A DNA stretch of 64,000 bases, taken from the NCBI RefSeq assembly GCF_053078305.1, contig NZ_CP166879.1; one strand, written 5' to 3'. The notes beneath the pieces were generated by a model. The model ran no database searches. It had not been told where the DNA came from and saw only the letters and a program-made list of their open reading frames with translations. Below, one piece after another: positions 1 to 10,107 of the stretch. The first letter of the stretch is position 1. Each line of letters opens with the position of its first letter. The position numbers were made by a program, and so were the translations under genes.

Positions 1-505
1 AAAACTCGGGCAGGAAACCGTCAAAATCGACCATCAGCACGCGCTGGTATCCCGCTTGTAACAGGCTAAGCACTTCACACAAACCTTGCTGGAAAGTGTC
101 GCGACCAGCAGAAAGCGATGACGAAACGATCGGCTGTTTGGCCGCAATGGTCAGGTTACCCACGGAAGAGTTGTGTACTGAAAGTGCAAAGTCGGTCGGA
201 GAAAGCGCCTGTTCGGTTGCCAGTGCATGAACAATGCGGTAATTGCGCTCCAGTTCGCCATGACGACTGGTATACAAAACGGCGTCTGGCTGATGGCGGC
301 GTAGCATTGCCAGACCGCATTCAACAGCCAGTTTGCTGCCTGAACTGAGGCGGCGGGCGGTCATCATTGGCAGTTCACTTAATTTTGCCAACGGCGCGGC
401 AGGGTCAATCGCCCACGGCTGGCGCGACCATGCTTGCCATTGCTGCGCTTCGCTAAGTCCAGGCGCCAGTGCCTGCCAGTCGGTAATATTTAATGTAAAT
501 TTCAT
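1..505 (-). CDS. Partial CDS (N-terminal 168 codons, continues beyond window start): ketosynthase/chain-length-factor-like protein of a fatty-acid/polyketide-type accessory cluster
   Basis: Reverse-strand translation from ATG at 505 gives MKFTLNITDWQALAPGLSEAQQWQAWSRQPWAIDPAAPLAKLSELPMMTARRLSSGSKLAVECGL... with no stop before position 1. Family assignment is by resemblance only. The two forward-strand ORFs in the track (118-348, 333-524) are treated as antisense artefacts. Confidence 0.5.
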   Translation of the reverse strand, partial: MKFTLNITDWQALAPGLSEAQQWQAWSRQPWAIDPAAPLAKLSELPMMTARRLSSGSKLAVECGLAMLRRHQPDAVLYTSRHGELERNYRIVHALATEQALSPTDFALSVHNSSVGNLTIAAKQPIVSSSLSAGRDTFQQGLCEVLSLLQAGYQRVLMVDFDGFLPEF

Positions 506-545
506 CAACGCGCGCCCGCGGTAAACCAAAATTATTAAGTGACGA

Positions 546-1613
546 TTATTTCTTTTGGCATATCAAAAGTGTATGCCCAACGCCTAAATTATCGTGGCGC
601 TCTGCTACCTGGAATCCTGCTTTATTCAGATAGTCGTAAAATTTCTCTGCACTATAGAAACGGCTGTTACCGTTTGCCATGCAGGTAAAATAAAGTGAGG
701 ACGCGTTCAGGCTAAACGATGCTGCTTCAAACCGCTGCGCATCCCAGAACAACTCCATGATGCAAACTTTTGCGCCAGGCTTCATTACGCTGGCAATTTT
801 GCTGAGTATGCTAATTATTTGTTCGGGTGAAAAACAGTCTAAAAATTGGCTCATCCACCAGATATCAGCCTCGCCCGGTAATGGGGCATCGCTTAGCATA
901 TCCACCGCATGGAAATCTATGCGATCAGAAAAACCTGCATTCGCGATATTTTCTTTCGCTAGTACGATTTGTTGTGGCAGATCTAATAACGTCACGGCGA
1001 TGTTTTCATTGTATTTGCAGCAACGCAAAGCCCACTTACCCGTATTGCCGCCTACATCGTACAATGTTGTGGGGTTGTTGGCGAATACATAAGGCAGTGC
1101 GGCGTTAAATGCGCCATCTGAATAGTAATGATCAAACGCAAACCAGCTTTCACGAGCGGCGTCTGGTAATTGCGAAAGTGCCGGATATATCGTCGACCAG
1201 TCGCCAAATACTTTTAACCCGGAAGGTTTTCCTTCATTGAGTGAATCGGCGAGGAAGAAGAGCCCCTGGTAACAGACATCCTGGGTGAAATCCATATTCA
1301 CGCGAGTCATAGTGTCATGCAGGAGGTAATGACCGATTTTCGCCAGGTAATAAATTCCCTCTTTACAGGTAATAATTCGCCCGCTTAAGCCCATATCTAA
1401 CAGAACGCTGGCAGCATATTCGTTGATATGGCTATGTTCGGTGATATCAGCCAGCGTTGCGCCATGTTTGCCTTGCCGATCCAGATATGAAAGTACACCC
1501 GCATTACGTAGGCAGAGTGCTGTTTGAAAAAGCATAGGGGCAAAGGCAATGCGTTGAGCTTCGGTAATCGCATCCAGTGCGCTAAGAGAATCCTGTTCGT
1601 ACATGTTGGGCAC
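546..1613 (-). CDS. Class I SAM-dependent (O-)methyltransferase-like protein; accessory relative to K-12
   Basis: 355-aa ORF with a glycine-rich SAM-binding motif I (LYDVGGNTGKWAL) and downstream acidic residue. It sits 40 bp upstream of the ketosynthase-like gene on the same strand. Start may be GTG at 1613 or ATG at 1604. Confidence 0.6.
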   Translation of the reverse strand: MPNMYEQDSLSALDAITEAQRIAFAPMLFQTALCLRNAGVLSYLDRQGKHGATLADITEHSHINEYAASVLLDMGLSGRIITCKEGIYYLAKIGHYLLHDTMTRVNMDFTQDVCYQGLFFLADSLNEGKPSGLKVFGDWSTIYPALSQLPDAARESWFAFDHYYSDGAFNAALPYVFANNPTTLYDVGGNTGKWALRCCKYNENIAVTLLDLPQQIVLAKENIANAGFSDRIDFHAVDMLSDAPLPGEADIWWMSQFLDCFSPEQIISILSKIASVMKPGAKVCIMELFWDAQRFEAASFSLNASSLYFTCMANGNSRFYSAEKFYDYLNKAGFQVAERHDNLGVGHTLLICQKK

Positions 1614-1672
1614 AACCTGTTAAGAGGGAATTAAATTATTATCGGACCGCAACGGCCCGACTTTAGGAGGAA

Positions 1673-2050
1673 TTATAAATCTGCGCCCGCTGACAAATTC
1701 AGTTGAATATCTTTGTCGAGATTGCGGACCCAGCGATTGTAGTTTTTATGAATTTGTCCGCCTGACGCTTGAAGGTTCTGGCTATTTTCATAATTGATAT
1801 CGTAGCTGGATGCCGTGTAGTTAATGCGTATTTCCGCTGAATGATCGCGTGACTGTTGACGTGCTTTAATTATGCCTTGTCCGGCTTCGGACATAATCCA
1901 TTTGCGTTCAACGCCAGCTTTCAGAATCGCTTTTTTCACTTGTTCCTGGGTATGACCAGCGCTGACGGTTGAGTGAACCTGATCAATTGGCGCAGTACGC
2001 GCGCAACCCGCTAAAGCACCCACAACAGCAATAGCCGCAAACCATTTCAT
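1673..2050 (-). CDS. Putative lipoprotein
   Basis: Trimmed to internal Met: MKWFAAIAVVGALAGC... has a signal peptide with lipobox LAGC. No recognised catalytic motif. Confidence 0.5.
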   Translation of the reverse strand: MKWFAAIAVVGALAGCARTAPIDQVHSTVSAGHTQEQVKKAILKAGVERKWIMSEAGQGIIKARQQSRDHSAEIRINYTASSYDINYENSQNLQASGGQIHKNYNRWVRNLDKDIQLNLSAGADL

Positions 2051-2441
2051 GTAATGTCTCATTAGAACCCCATTAAAGTATTGTTTTTACGAGTAAAGCA
2101 AGTTTTAACTGTAATTGCTGGCATCACTATTCTTTATTTAGAGAAAAAATTACTTGTGAGATAAGTCAGTAAGTGCACATCAGAGTAAAAATCTCTGAAA
2201 TGACTAAATTACTGCCAGCAGGGACCAACTATAAGTGAGTGAGAAAAATGAGGCAATAAAAATAACACAATGTTATCAGTGCATTCTTTGAGAAGGATTT
2301 AATCGCTATTCGGCGTTTATATATATTTGACTTAAGGAATGGTTTTTTTAAATTAATTTTCTGAATAATGTTTCATCATTTCCTCAAATCAAATGGCCAC
2401 TGTTAGATAAACGGTGGCCATTGCCTGCTCAGGAGGTGCTA

Positions 2442-3491
2442 TTAACCCGGTAACCGACTTTTCGGTCTGCCCGGCCCCAGTAAAATCGCCAGTTTGCTGC
2501 CGCCTTTCGTCGTTTCCATCCAGATTTTACACACGCTGGTTAATGGCACCGAAAGTAGCATCCCTACCGGGCCGAGCAGCCATCCCCAAATTAACAATGA
2601 AAGAAATACCACCATGGTGGACATCCCCAGGCGATGGCCCATCATCCGTGGTTCTAAAATATTGCCGATGACCATATGGACCACTAAAAACAATGCGCCG
2701 ACCAGAATACATTCGTAAACACCATTAAACAGCAGCACCTGAATCATTGGCGGTACGGCGGAAATTACCGCGCCGATATTGGGCACGTAGTTGAGCAAAA
2801 ACGCCAGTACTGCCCACATCAGCGCAAACTGCACCCCCATCAGCTCCAGCCCCAGCCAGACGATGACACCTGTCCATAAACTGAGTAGCGTCTTTAACGC
2901 CAGATAATGCGAAACGCCTTTAAGTGCGCGGTGTAGTCCGGCGATATGAATCTGTGGATTATTCAATGCAAAACGCATTTTGTAAGGGACGTGGCGCACT
3001 TCAAACAGCATAAAAACTACGGTCATCACCAGCAAAAGCACGCTCGCCATTGCCCCGGAAAGCCCGGTCATTAGCGCTGTGGTGAAGGTAACCACTTTTT
3101 CCGAGTCCATCCGCTGCAGCATTCGCTCCGGCGACATATGCAAATTAAGAAAAGGCAACATCTCCTGCAATTTAAAAAGTTTGCGCGTCAGCTCCTTATT
3201 AAACTTCGGCAGCATAGAGATAAATTCGTTAAACGATGCCGCCAGTACGCCGACCAGCGCGGTTAGTGCGATCAGCATCACCACCACTACAATCGTAATG
3301 GCAACGGGGCGTTGTACTCCCCGACGAATAAACCAGGTGACGAGCGGGTTGAGGACGATGGCAAAAAACAGCGCCAGTAACAGCTGCACAATGATATCTG
3401 CCGCTGCGTGAATGCCCGCGAGGATCACTACCAGCGAGGCCAGCTTGAGCAGAATGTGCATGCCCGTTTTATCGGGTTGAGGGGTTTCCAT
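2442..3491 (-). CDS. yhhT: AI-2E/PerM-family membrane transporter
   Basis: Polytopic membrane protein. ORF trimmed to Met giving 349 aa; position next to yhhS matches the K-12 order. Confidence 0.85.
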   Translation of the reverse strand: METPQPDKTGMHILLKLASLVVILAGIHAAADIIVQLLLALFFAIVLNPLVTWFIRRGVQRPVAITIVVVVMLIALTALVGVLAASFNEFISMLPKFNKELTRKLFKLQEMLPFLNLHMSPERMLQRMDSEKVVTFTTALMTGLSGAMASVLLLVMTVVFMLFEVRHVPYKMRFALNNPQIHIAGLHRALKGVSHYLALKTLLSLWTGVIVWLGLELMGVQFALMWAVLAFLLNYVPNIGAVISAVPPMIQVLLFNGVYECILVGALFLVVHMVIGNILEPRMMGHRLGMSTMVVFLSLLIWGWLLGPVGMLLSVPLTSVCKIWMETTKGGSKLAILLGPGRPKSRLPG

Positions 3492-3622
3492 TGGGGCTTC
3501 CTTGTGACTTTTTGTATTAAGTGTAGCGGGAGTAACGCCAGCAATATTCTGATTCTTACTGCTGATTTTCACGTCAGCACGTGGTAAAAATGAAACACTG
3601 TTGTAAAAATGTGGTGATCCTC

Positions 3623-4840
3623 ATGCCCGAACCCGTAGCCGAACCCGCGCTAAACGGATTGCGCCTGAATTTGCGCATTGTCTCCATTGTCATGTTTAAC
3701 TTCGCCAGCTACCTCACCATCGGGTTGCCGCTCGCTGTATTACCGGGCTATGTCCATGATGTGATGGGCTTTAGCGCTTTCTGGGCAGGATTGGTTATCA
3801 GCCTGCAATATTTCGCCACCTTGCTGAGCCGTCCTCATGCCGGACGTTACGCCGATTTGCTGGGCCCCAAAAAGATTGTCGTCTTCGGTTTATGCGGCTG
3901 CTTTTTGAGCGGTCTGGGATATCTGACGGCAGGATTAACCGCCAGTCTGCCCGTCATCAGCCTGTTATTACTTTGCCTGGGACGCGTCATCCTTGGGATT
4001 GGGCAAAGTTTTGCCGGAACGGGATCGACCCTGTGGGGCGTTGGCGTGGTTGGCTCGCTGCATATCGGGCGGGTGATTTCGTGGAACGGCATTGTCACTT
4101 ATGGGGCGATGGCGATGGGTGCGCCGTTAGGTGTCGTGTTTTATCACTGGGGCGGCTTGCAGGCGTTAGCGTTAATCATTATGGGCGTGGCGCTGGTGGC
4201 CATTTTGTTGGCGATCCCGCGTCCGACGGTAAAAGCCAGTAAAGGCAAACCGCTGCCGTTTCGCGCGGTGCTTGGGCGTGTCTGGCTGTACGGTATGGCG
4301 CTGGCACTGGCTTCCGCCGGATTTGGCGTCATCGCCACCTTTATCACGCTGTTTTATGACGCTAAAGGTTGGGACGGTGCGGCTTTCGCGCTGACGCTGT
4401 TTAGCTGTGCGTTTGTCGGTACGCGTTTGTTATTCCCTAACGGCATTAACCGTATCGGCGGCTTAAACGTAGCGATGATTTGCTTTAGCGTTGAGATAAT
4501 CGGCCTGCTACTGGTTGGCGTGGCGACTATGCCGTGGATGGCGAAAATCGGCGTCTTACTAGCGGGGGCCGGGTTTTCGCTGGTGTTCCCGGCATTGGGT
4601 GTAGTGGCGGTAAAAGCGGTTCCGCAGCAAAATCAGGGGGCGGCGCTGGCAACTTACACCGTATTTATGGATTTATCGCTTGGCGTGACTGGACCACTGG
4701 CTGGGCTGGTGATGAGCTGGGCGGGCGTACCGGTGATTTATCTGGCGGCGGCGGGACTGGTCGCAATCGCGTTATTACTGACGTGGCGATTAAAAAAACG
4801 GCCTCCGGAACACGTCCCTGAGGCCGCCTCATCATCTTAA
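3623..4840 (+). CDS. yhhS: MFS transporter
   Basis: 12-TM-like hydrophobic protein. Trimmed to Met giving 405 aa; divergent from yhhT. Confidence 0.85.
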   Translation: MPEPVAEPALNGLRLNLRIVSIVMFNFASYLTIGLPLAVLPGYVHDVMGFSAFWAGLVISLQYFATLLSRPHAGRYADLLGPKKIVVFGLCGCFLSGLGYLTAGLTASLPVISLLLLCLGRVILGIGQSFAGTGSTLWGVGVVGSLHIGRVISWNGIVTYGAMAMGAPLGVVFYHWGGLQALALIIMGVALVAILLAIPRPTVKASKGKPLPFRAVLGRVWLYGMALALASAGFGVIATFITLFYDAKGWDGAAFALTLFSCAFVGTRLLFPNGINRIGGLNVAMICFSVEIIGLLLVGVATMPWMAKIGVLLAGAGFSLVFPALGVVAVKAVPQQNQGAALATYTVFMDLSLGVTGPLAGLVMSWAGVPVIYLAAAGLVAIALLLTWRLKKRPPEHVPEAASSS

Positions 4841-4843
4841 AAC

Positions 4844-5401
4844 TTACTGAATAACCAGCGTATTAATGATGTTTTCTGCGGTGGTCTGCGCTTTTTGCTG
4901 ATCGTCAGCTGGCAGAGTAATTTGCATGGTCAGCAGTTGATTACCCACGTTACCCAGAATAACGGAAGAGTACGCCGTCTGGCCTTTCGCGGAGATAATA
5001 CTGTCTAACTGCTGCATTTTGTGACCTTTCAGCTCAATGGCTTTATTGGTTACCACTTGCAGCTGCGGATCGCGGCTACGTTGCTGATCTTCCAGACGCT
5101 TCGCCAGCACCGCCAGATCTTCTTTCGGATCATCGCCCATGATGACGATGACTGCTTTCTGCCCGGTGGCGTCGGACCAGACATGCATGTTATTGGCCTG
5201 CGTTCCCAGCTTACCGCTCTGGTCGGTCATATCCGCTGGCAGCGAGAAACTTAACTTGCCATCAAGCAGGTTGACGGGATTCCCGGTAGCGTTACTTTCC
5301 GCGACCGAACCCTGCGCCGTAGCGTTAGTGTCTTTATCATCACAGGCCGCAAGCCCCATAACCAGCAGGCCAATTCCGACATATTTAACCAGATTGCGCA
5401 T
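4844..5401 (-). CDS. dcrB: Periplasmic lipoprotein DcrB
   Basis: [20 protein letters not shown] lipobox signal. Trimmed to 185 aa; synteny. Confidence 0.85.
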
Positions 5402-5473
5402 TGACTTCTTCCTTTCGATAAACGGCCATAACGGCTCATTCATCCATCTTATCACAACTCTGATAACGAACCT

Positions 5474-6139
5474 TTAACTCGCCTGCAAAGCGTTGATTTC
5501 GGATTTATCTGCCAGTCTTTTCAACAGCATATTGAGTAATACGCCATACATTGGTAGGAAGAAAACGATACTGATTAACACTTTGAAACAGTAATCGACC
5601 AGCGCGATTTCCATCCAGTGTTCAGCCATAAAGGCATCCGGGCTACGCCAGAAGGCAATGAAGAAAAAGGCCAGCGTGTCGCTGACGTTACCGAACAGTG
5701 TGGACGCTGTCGGTGCCAGCCACCAGCGGCGACTCTGACGCAGGCGGTTAAAAACGTGCACGTCGAGGATCTGTCCCAGCGCGTAGGCCATGAAACTGGC
5801 GGTGGCGATACGGGCGACAAACAGGTTGAAGTGGGCGAGTGCGCCGAATCCCTGCCAGGAACCCATATAGAATAGCGACGAGATGACGTAGGAGATCAGC
5901 AACGCCGGGATCATCACCGCAAAGATGATACGACGGGCCAGCGGTGCGCCAAAAATACGCACGGTCAGGTCGGTAGCAAGGAAAATAAACGGGAAGCTAA
6001 ACGCGCCCCAGGTGGTATGGAAACCAAAAATGGAGACGGGAAGCTGAACCAGATAGTTACTGGAGGTGATCACCAGCAGATGAAATAACGATAACCAGAA
6101 CAACGCCTTATAGCGTTGAGTTTGCGAGAAAACGTTCAT
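5474..6139 (-). CDS. yhhQ: Queuosine-precursor transporter family membrane protein
   Basis: 221-aa polytopic membrane protein in the conserved position between dcrB and tusA. Confidence 0.85.
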   Translation of the reverse strand: MNVFSQTQRYKALFWLSLFHLLVITSSNYLVQLPVSIFGFHTTWGAFSFPFIFLATDLTVRIFGAPLARRIIFAVMIPALLISYVISSLFYMGSWQGFGALAHFNLFVARIATASFMAYALGQILDVHVFNRLRQSRRWWLAPTASTLFGNVSDTLAFFFIAFWRSPDAFMAEHWMEIALVDYCFKVLISIVFFLPMYGVLLNMLLKRLADKSEINALQAS

Positions 6140-6359
6140 ATTGTACCTTTTTGATTAACCATTGGGGTGAGGGAACCCAATACGTACGACACGTCTGTTA
6201 CCTTAACATAATAACGTGCTTACCCTTTTTTCGAGCCGCCGCATGATACTGCTTTACGTTGACAATGCAATGGTTAATTTTCACGCAATCGTTAACCTGG
6301 TTTGCTTACGGACTCACAGGGCGTAAACTAGCGCCGTTTTTTTATGTGATGAGAAGAAA

Positions 6360-6605
6360 ATGACCGATCTCTTTTCCAGCCCTGACCACACACTCGACGC
6401 ACTTGGCCTGCGCTGCCCGGAACCCGTAATGATGGTGCGCAAAACAGTGCGCAATATGCAGCCAGGTGAAACGTTGCTGATTATTGCTGACGATCCGGCG
6501 ACGACCCGCGATATCCCTGGGTTTTGTACCTTTATGGAACACGAACTGGTTGCCAAAGAGACGGATGGACTGCCTTATCGTTATTTGATTCGTAAAGGCG
6601 GTTGA
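6360..6605 (+). CDS. tusA: Sulfur carrier protein TusA
   Basis: 81-aa protein with the conserved CPxP motif ([12 protein letters not shown]). Confidence 0.95.
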
Positions 6606-6706
6606 TGGGGGCAGATTGGCTTCGATGCCGCCTTTTCCCCTCACCCTAACCCTCTCCCCAGAGGAGCGAGGGGACCGATCGCGCTCAATGTTGCGATCGG
6701 TTTGCC

Positions 6707-8905
6707 TTATCTCCTGCGCAACAATCTTAACGCATTCGCTGTCACCAGCACCGTCGCACCCGTATCTGCCAGCACCGCCAGCCATAGTCCGGTCATTCCT
6801 AACAGCGTGGTGACGAGGAAGATCCCTTTCAGCCCCAGCGCAATAGTGATGTTCTGGCGGATATTGGCGTGAGTGGCGCGTGCCAGTTCAATCATTTGCA
6901 CCAGACCGCGCAGGTGGTTATGGGTTAATGCTGCGTCGGCGGTTTCCAGCGCCACGTCTGTGCCGCTGCCCATTGCAATCCCGATGGCGGCAGCTTTCAT
7001 CGCTGGCGCGTCGTTAATACCATCACCGACCATCGCCAGCGGCGCATGTTGATTCAGCTCGGTTACCGCTTTGACTTTATCTTCCGGCAATAGGCCCGCT
7101 TTAAATTCCAGCCCCAGTTCCCCGGCGATTGCCGCCGCTGCGCGTGGATTATCGCCGGTGAGGATCACTCCTTTAACCCCCAGCGCGTTCAGTTCACTGA
7201 TGGCAGTTGCAGCATCGGCGCGCAGGGTATCCTGTAACGCAATGACACCAAGCACGTCATCGTTACGTACTACCAGCACTACCGTTTGCCCGGCGCTTTC
7301 CAGTTCGTTAATTAAACCAGCAAATGCATCAGCGGGATGTTTCCCGGCAGAGCAAATCAATACGCGCTCACCGTTAACCTGCGCTTCAATGCCAGACCCG
7401 ACCAGCGCCCGCTGTGATTCGGCGGCGGGAATGGCGAGTGCAGCAACCTGTGCTTCGCGCACGATGGCCTGCGCCAGTGGATGCGTCGCGCCTTGCTCGA
7501 CCGCCGCCGCCAGTGTCAGCAGTTCAGATTCACTAATACCCGTTGCCGGATGAATCGCGGTAACGCGCGGTTTACCGACGGTCAGCGTACCGGTTTTATC
7601 AAACGCCACCTGGGTAACACGACCTAGCTGCTCCAGCGCCGCACCGCCTTTAATTAACGCCCCACGACGTGCCGCTGCTGCCAGCCCGGAGGTAATCGCC
7701 GCGGGCGTGGAGATAACTAACGCACACGGGCAGCCAATCAGCAGCAGCGTCAGGCCTTTATAAATCCACTCTTGCCAGCTGGCGGCAAACAGCAGCGGCG
7801 GCACCAGCGTTACCAGCAGGGCGACGGCCATAATCGCTGGCGTATAAATACGGCTGAAACGGTCAATAAACCGCTCAATGGGAGCGCGACGCTCTTCGGC
7901 TTCTTCGATCAGTTTCAGAATCCGGTCAATGGCGCTGGCTCCCGGTTCGGACAATACTTCCAACGTCACCAGACGGTCTACGCTGGTGGCGCCTGCAGGA
8001 ACTTTATCGCCCGTCGCACGCTCCACCGGAATGGATTCGCCGGTCAGGGCGCTTTCATCAAAACTGGCAAAGGGTGAGAGCAGTTTACCGTCGGCAGGCA
8101 AACGCCCACCCGCCGCAACTTCAATCACATCGCCAGGGCGCAGGCTGTTAATTGCCACCTCTTCACGCTCACCGTTACGCAGGCGCGTGGCGTTTTCTGG
8201 TTTCAGCGCCATTAACGCGCTGACGCCCTGACGCGCGCGGCTGGCGGCCCAACCTTCTAGTCGTTCACCAATCAAAAACAGCAGCAACACCATCGCAGCT
8301 TCAGCCGTTGCGCCAATAAACAGCGCACCAATAGCGGCTACGCTCATTAACGTTTCAATGGCGAAGTAACTGCCTGATTTGATCAGCCGTAATGCCTGAC
8401 GAGCAATCGGGTACAGCCCAACCAGCGTGGTCGCGATAAACGCCAGTTGCCCGAACGGATGATTGAACTGCTCCAGACCCCAGCTGATTGCCATCATCAC
8501 GATTAGCGTAATCAGCGGCAGATTCTCTTTCAGGCGCGATTCTTGTTGTTCTTCGGCGGCCTGTTCATCGCGTAGGGAATAGCCCGCTTTTTGCACCGCA
8601 GATTCAACCTGGGCACGGATGTCATTGTCGGCATCCACCACCAGTTTTTCGGTGGCGAACAACACCTGCACCTGATTCACGCCTGCAAGCTGGCGCACGG
8701 CGTTTTCTACCTTGCGCGCACAGGCGGCGCAGTCCATGCCGCTGACTTTCCAGCTATAGCGGGTGCCGGAGACGTTTTCAGAGAGCGTTGGCGTGCTGGA
8801 ACATGCGCCGTCGCAGCAACAGTCGTTGGCGTTCTGTACCGTGGTTAGCGGTTTGAACGCAGCAAATTGAGGGGCTTTCTTGCCGTGATTGTCAGGAGTC
8901 GACAT
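6707..8905 (-). CDS. zntA: Zn/Cd/Pb-translocating P1B-type ATPase
   Basis: 732 aa with N-terminal GMDCAAC metal-binding motif, CPC transmembrane motif, DKTGTLT phosphorylation site and GDGINDAPA hinge. Confidence 0.97.
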   Translation of the reverse strand: MSTPDNHGKKAPQFAAFKPLTTVQNANDCCCDGACSSTPTLSENVSGTRYSWKVSGMDCAACARKVENAVRQLAGVNQVQVLFATEKLVVDADNDIRAQVESAVQKAGYSLRDEQAAEEQQESRLKENLPLITLIVMMAISWGLEQFNHPFGQLAFIATTLVGLYPIARQALRLIKSGSYFAIETLMSVAAIGALFIGATAEAAMVLLLFLIGERLEGWAASRARQGVSALMALKPENATRLRNGEREEVAINSLRPGDVIEVAAGGRLPADGKLLSPFASFDESALTGESIPVERATGDKVPAGATSVDRLVTLEVLSEPGASAIDRILKLIEEAEERRAPIERFIDRFSRIYTPAIMAVALLVTLVPPLLFAASWQEWIYKGLTLLLIGCPCALVISTPAAITSGLAAAARRGALIKGGAALEQLGRVTQVAFDKTGTLTVGKPRVTAIHPATGISESELLTLAAAVEQGATHPLAQAIVREAQVAALAIPAAESQRALVGSGIEAQVNGERVLICSAGKHPADAFAGLINELESAGQTVVLVVRNDDVLGVIALQDTLRADAATAISELNALGVKGVILTGDNPRAAAAIAGELGLEFKAGLLPEDKVKAVTELNQHAPLAMVGDGINDAPAMKAAAIGIAMGSGTDVALETADAALTHNHLRGLVQMIELARATHANIRQNITIALGLKGIFLVTTLLGMTGLWLAVLADTGATVLVTANALRLLRRR

Positions 8906-8947
8906 GGCATCCTCCGGTTAAGTTTTTTCTCATTAACCGAAGGATAC

Positions 8948-8969
8948 ACTCTGGAGTCGACTCCAGAGT
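8948..8969 (-). promoter_or_regulatory. ZntR (MerR-type) operator: perfect 22-bp palindrome inside the zntA promoter spacer
   Basis: ACTCTGGAGTCGACTCCAGAGT is a perfect inverted repeat. On the zntA strand it is flanked by TTGACT (-35) and TATCCT (-10) with a 20-bp spacer, the MerR-family hallmark. Confidence 0.85.
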
Positions 8970-8978
8970 CAAGTTTTA

Positions 8979-9605
8979 TCAGAGATACAGCGAGCGGACG
9001 ATGAGGAAGTGACCGGCAAAGTAGCAGGCCGCAGCAATCGCGTTATCCGCACGGAAGCGTCGGCGATAGTGGCTACCCAGCCAGACAAAGTTACTGATAA
9101 ACAGCAACGAAGCGCCGACAAACGCAGAGAGTGCCGGAGCGGTCGGACGGAAGAACCACAGTTCACCTGCCAGCCACACCATCACCAGCGTCATGCCGAT
9201 AAACGTGCAGATAGGCCAACGATACTCTTCCAGCCGCGTCCAGATAATCGCCAGTAACAGCGCGCCCAGAACCAGCAGTACCAACGGCAGAGGCCAGAAG
9301 AAAGAGAGCGTCATCTGACTGGCGAAATAGATGGTGTACAGCAGGTGCGAGAGGAAAAACGCGCCGATGGCGTACATCAGACGTTGACGTGGCAACAGGG
9401 TTAGCGCATCGCCCAGCAGTGAGGCGCACAGCCCTGCCAGCACCAGATAGCTAATGGCGTCGAACATCGGCGCTTGCCAGGCCAGTAACAACAGGAGAAG
9501 AAGGGTTAACGGTTTAAACACCCAGCGTTGCCAGGTTGGCCCACGATACGATGCATCCACAGATAGCCATGCGGAAAGACAGACAGCGATAAACGACCAA
9601 AGCAT
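8979..9605 (-). CDS. yhhN: YhhN-family inner membrane protein
   Basis: 208-aa multi-TM protein; synteny. Confidence 0.85.
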
Positions 9606-9745
9606 CTTAGTTCCTTGAATTCGTTATTTTTTCGTAAGCGGAATGCCTACGGTCTTGCTTCCAGTTTAGTGGCGAGGGTGGACGGATGACAACACCATAA
9701 CTGGCAGGGTATGCTTAATTCCGCATTTTCCGATGAGGGATAAAG

Positions 9746-10105
9746 ATGAGCAAACCACCTCTTTTCTTTATTGTTATCATTGGCTTAATCATCGTCGCCG
9801 CATCGTTTCGTTTTATGCAACAGCGACGGGAAAAAGCTGATAATGATATGGCACCGCTCCAGCAAAAGCTGGTGGTGGTGAGCAACAAGCGGGAAAAACC
9901 GATTAACGATCGCCGTTCGCGCCAGCAGGAAGTGACTCCGGCAGGCACCAGTATACGCTATGAGGCAAGCTTCAAACCGCAAAGCGGAGGAATGGAGCAG
10001 ACGTTTCGCCTCGACGCCCAGCAGTACCACGCCCTGACAGTGGGCGATAAAGGTACGCTGAGCTATAAAGGAACGCGCTTTGTTAGCTTTGTTGGCGAAC
10101 AATAA
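9746..10105 (+). CDS. yhhM: DUF2500-type small membrane-anchored protein
   Basis: 119 aa with N-terminal TM helix (MSKPPLFFIVIIGLIIVAASF); synteny. Confidence 0.8.
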   Translation: MSKPPLFFIVIIGLIIVAASFRFMQQRREKADNDMAPLQQKLVVVSNKREKPINDRRSRQQEVTPAGTSIRYEASFKPQSGGMEQTFRLDAQQYHALTVGDKGTLSYKGTRFVSFVGEQ

Positions 10106-10107
10106 GG

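Noticed and set aside
118-524. Two forward-strand ORFs (76 and 63 aa) at the window start
   Set aside because: The reverse strand carries a continuous ketosynthase-like reading frame with a clear ATG at 505 and the same orientation as the adjacent methyltransferase. The forward ORFs are short, overlapping and motif-free.
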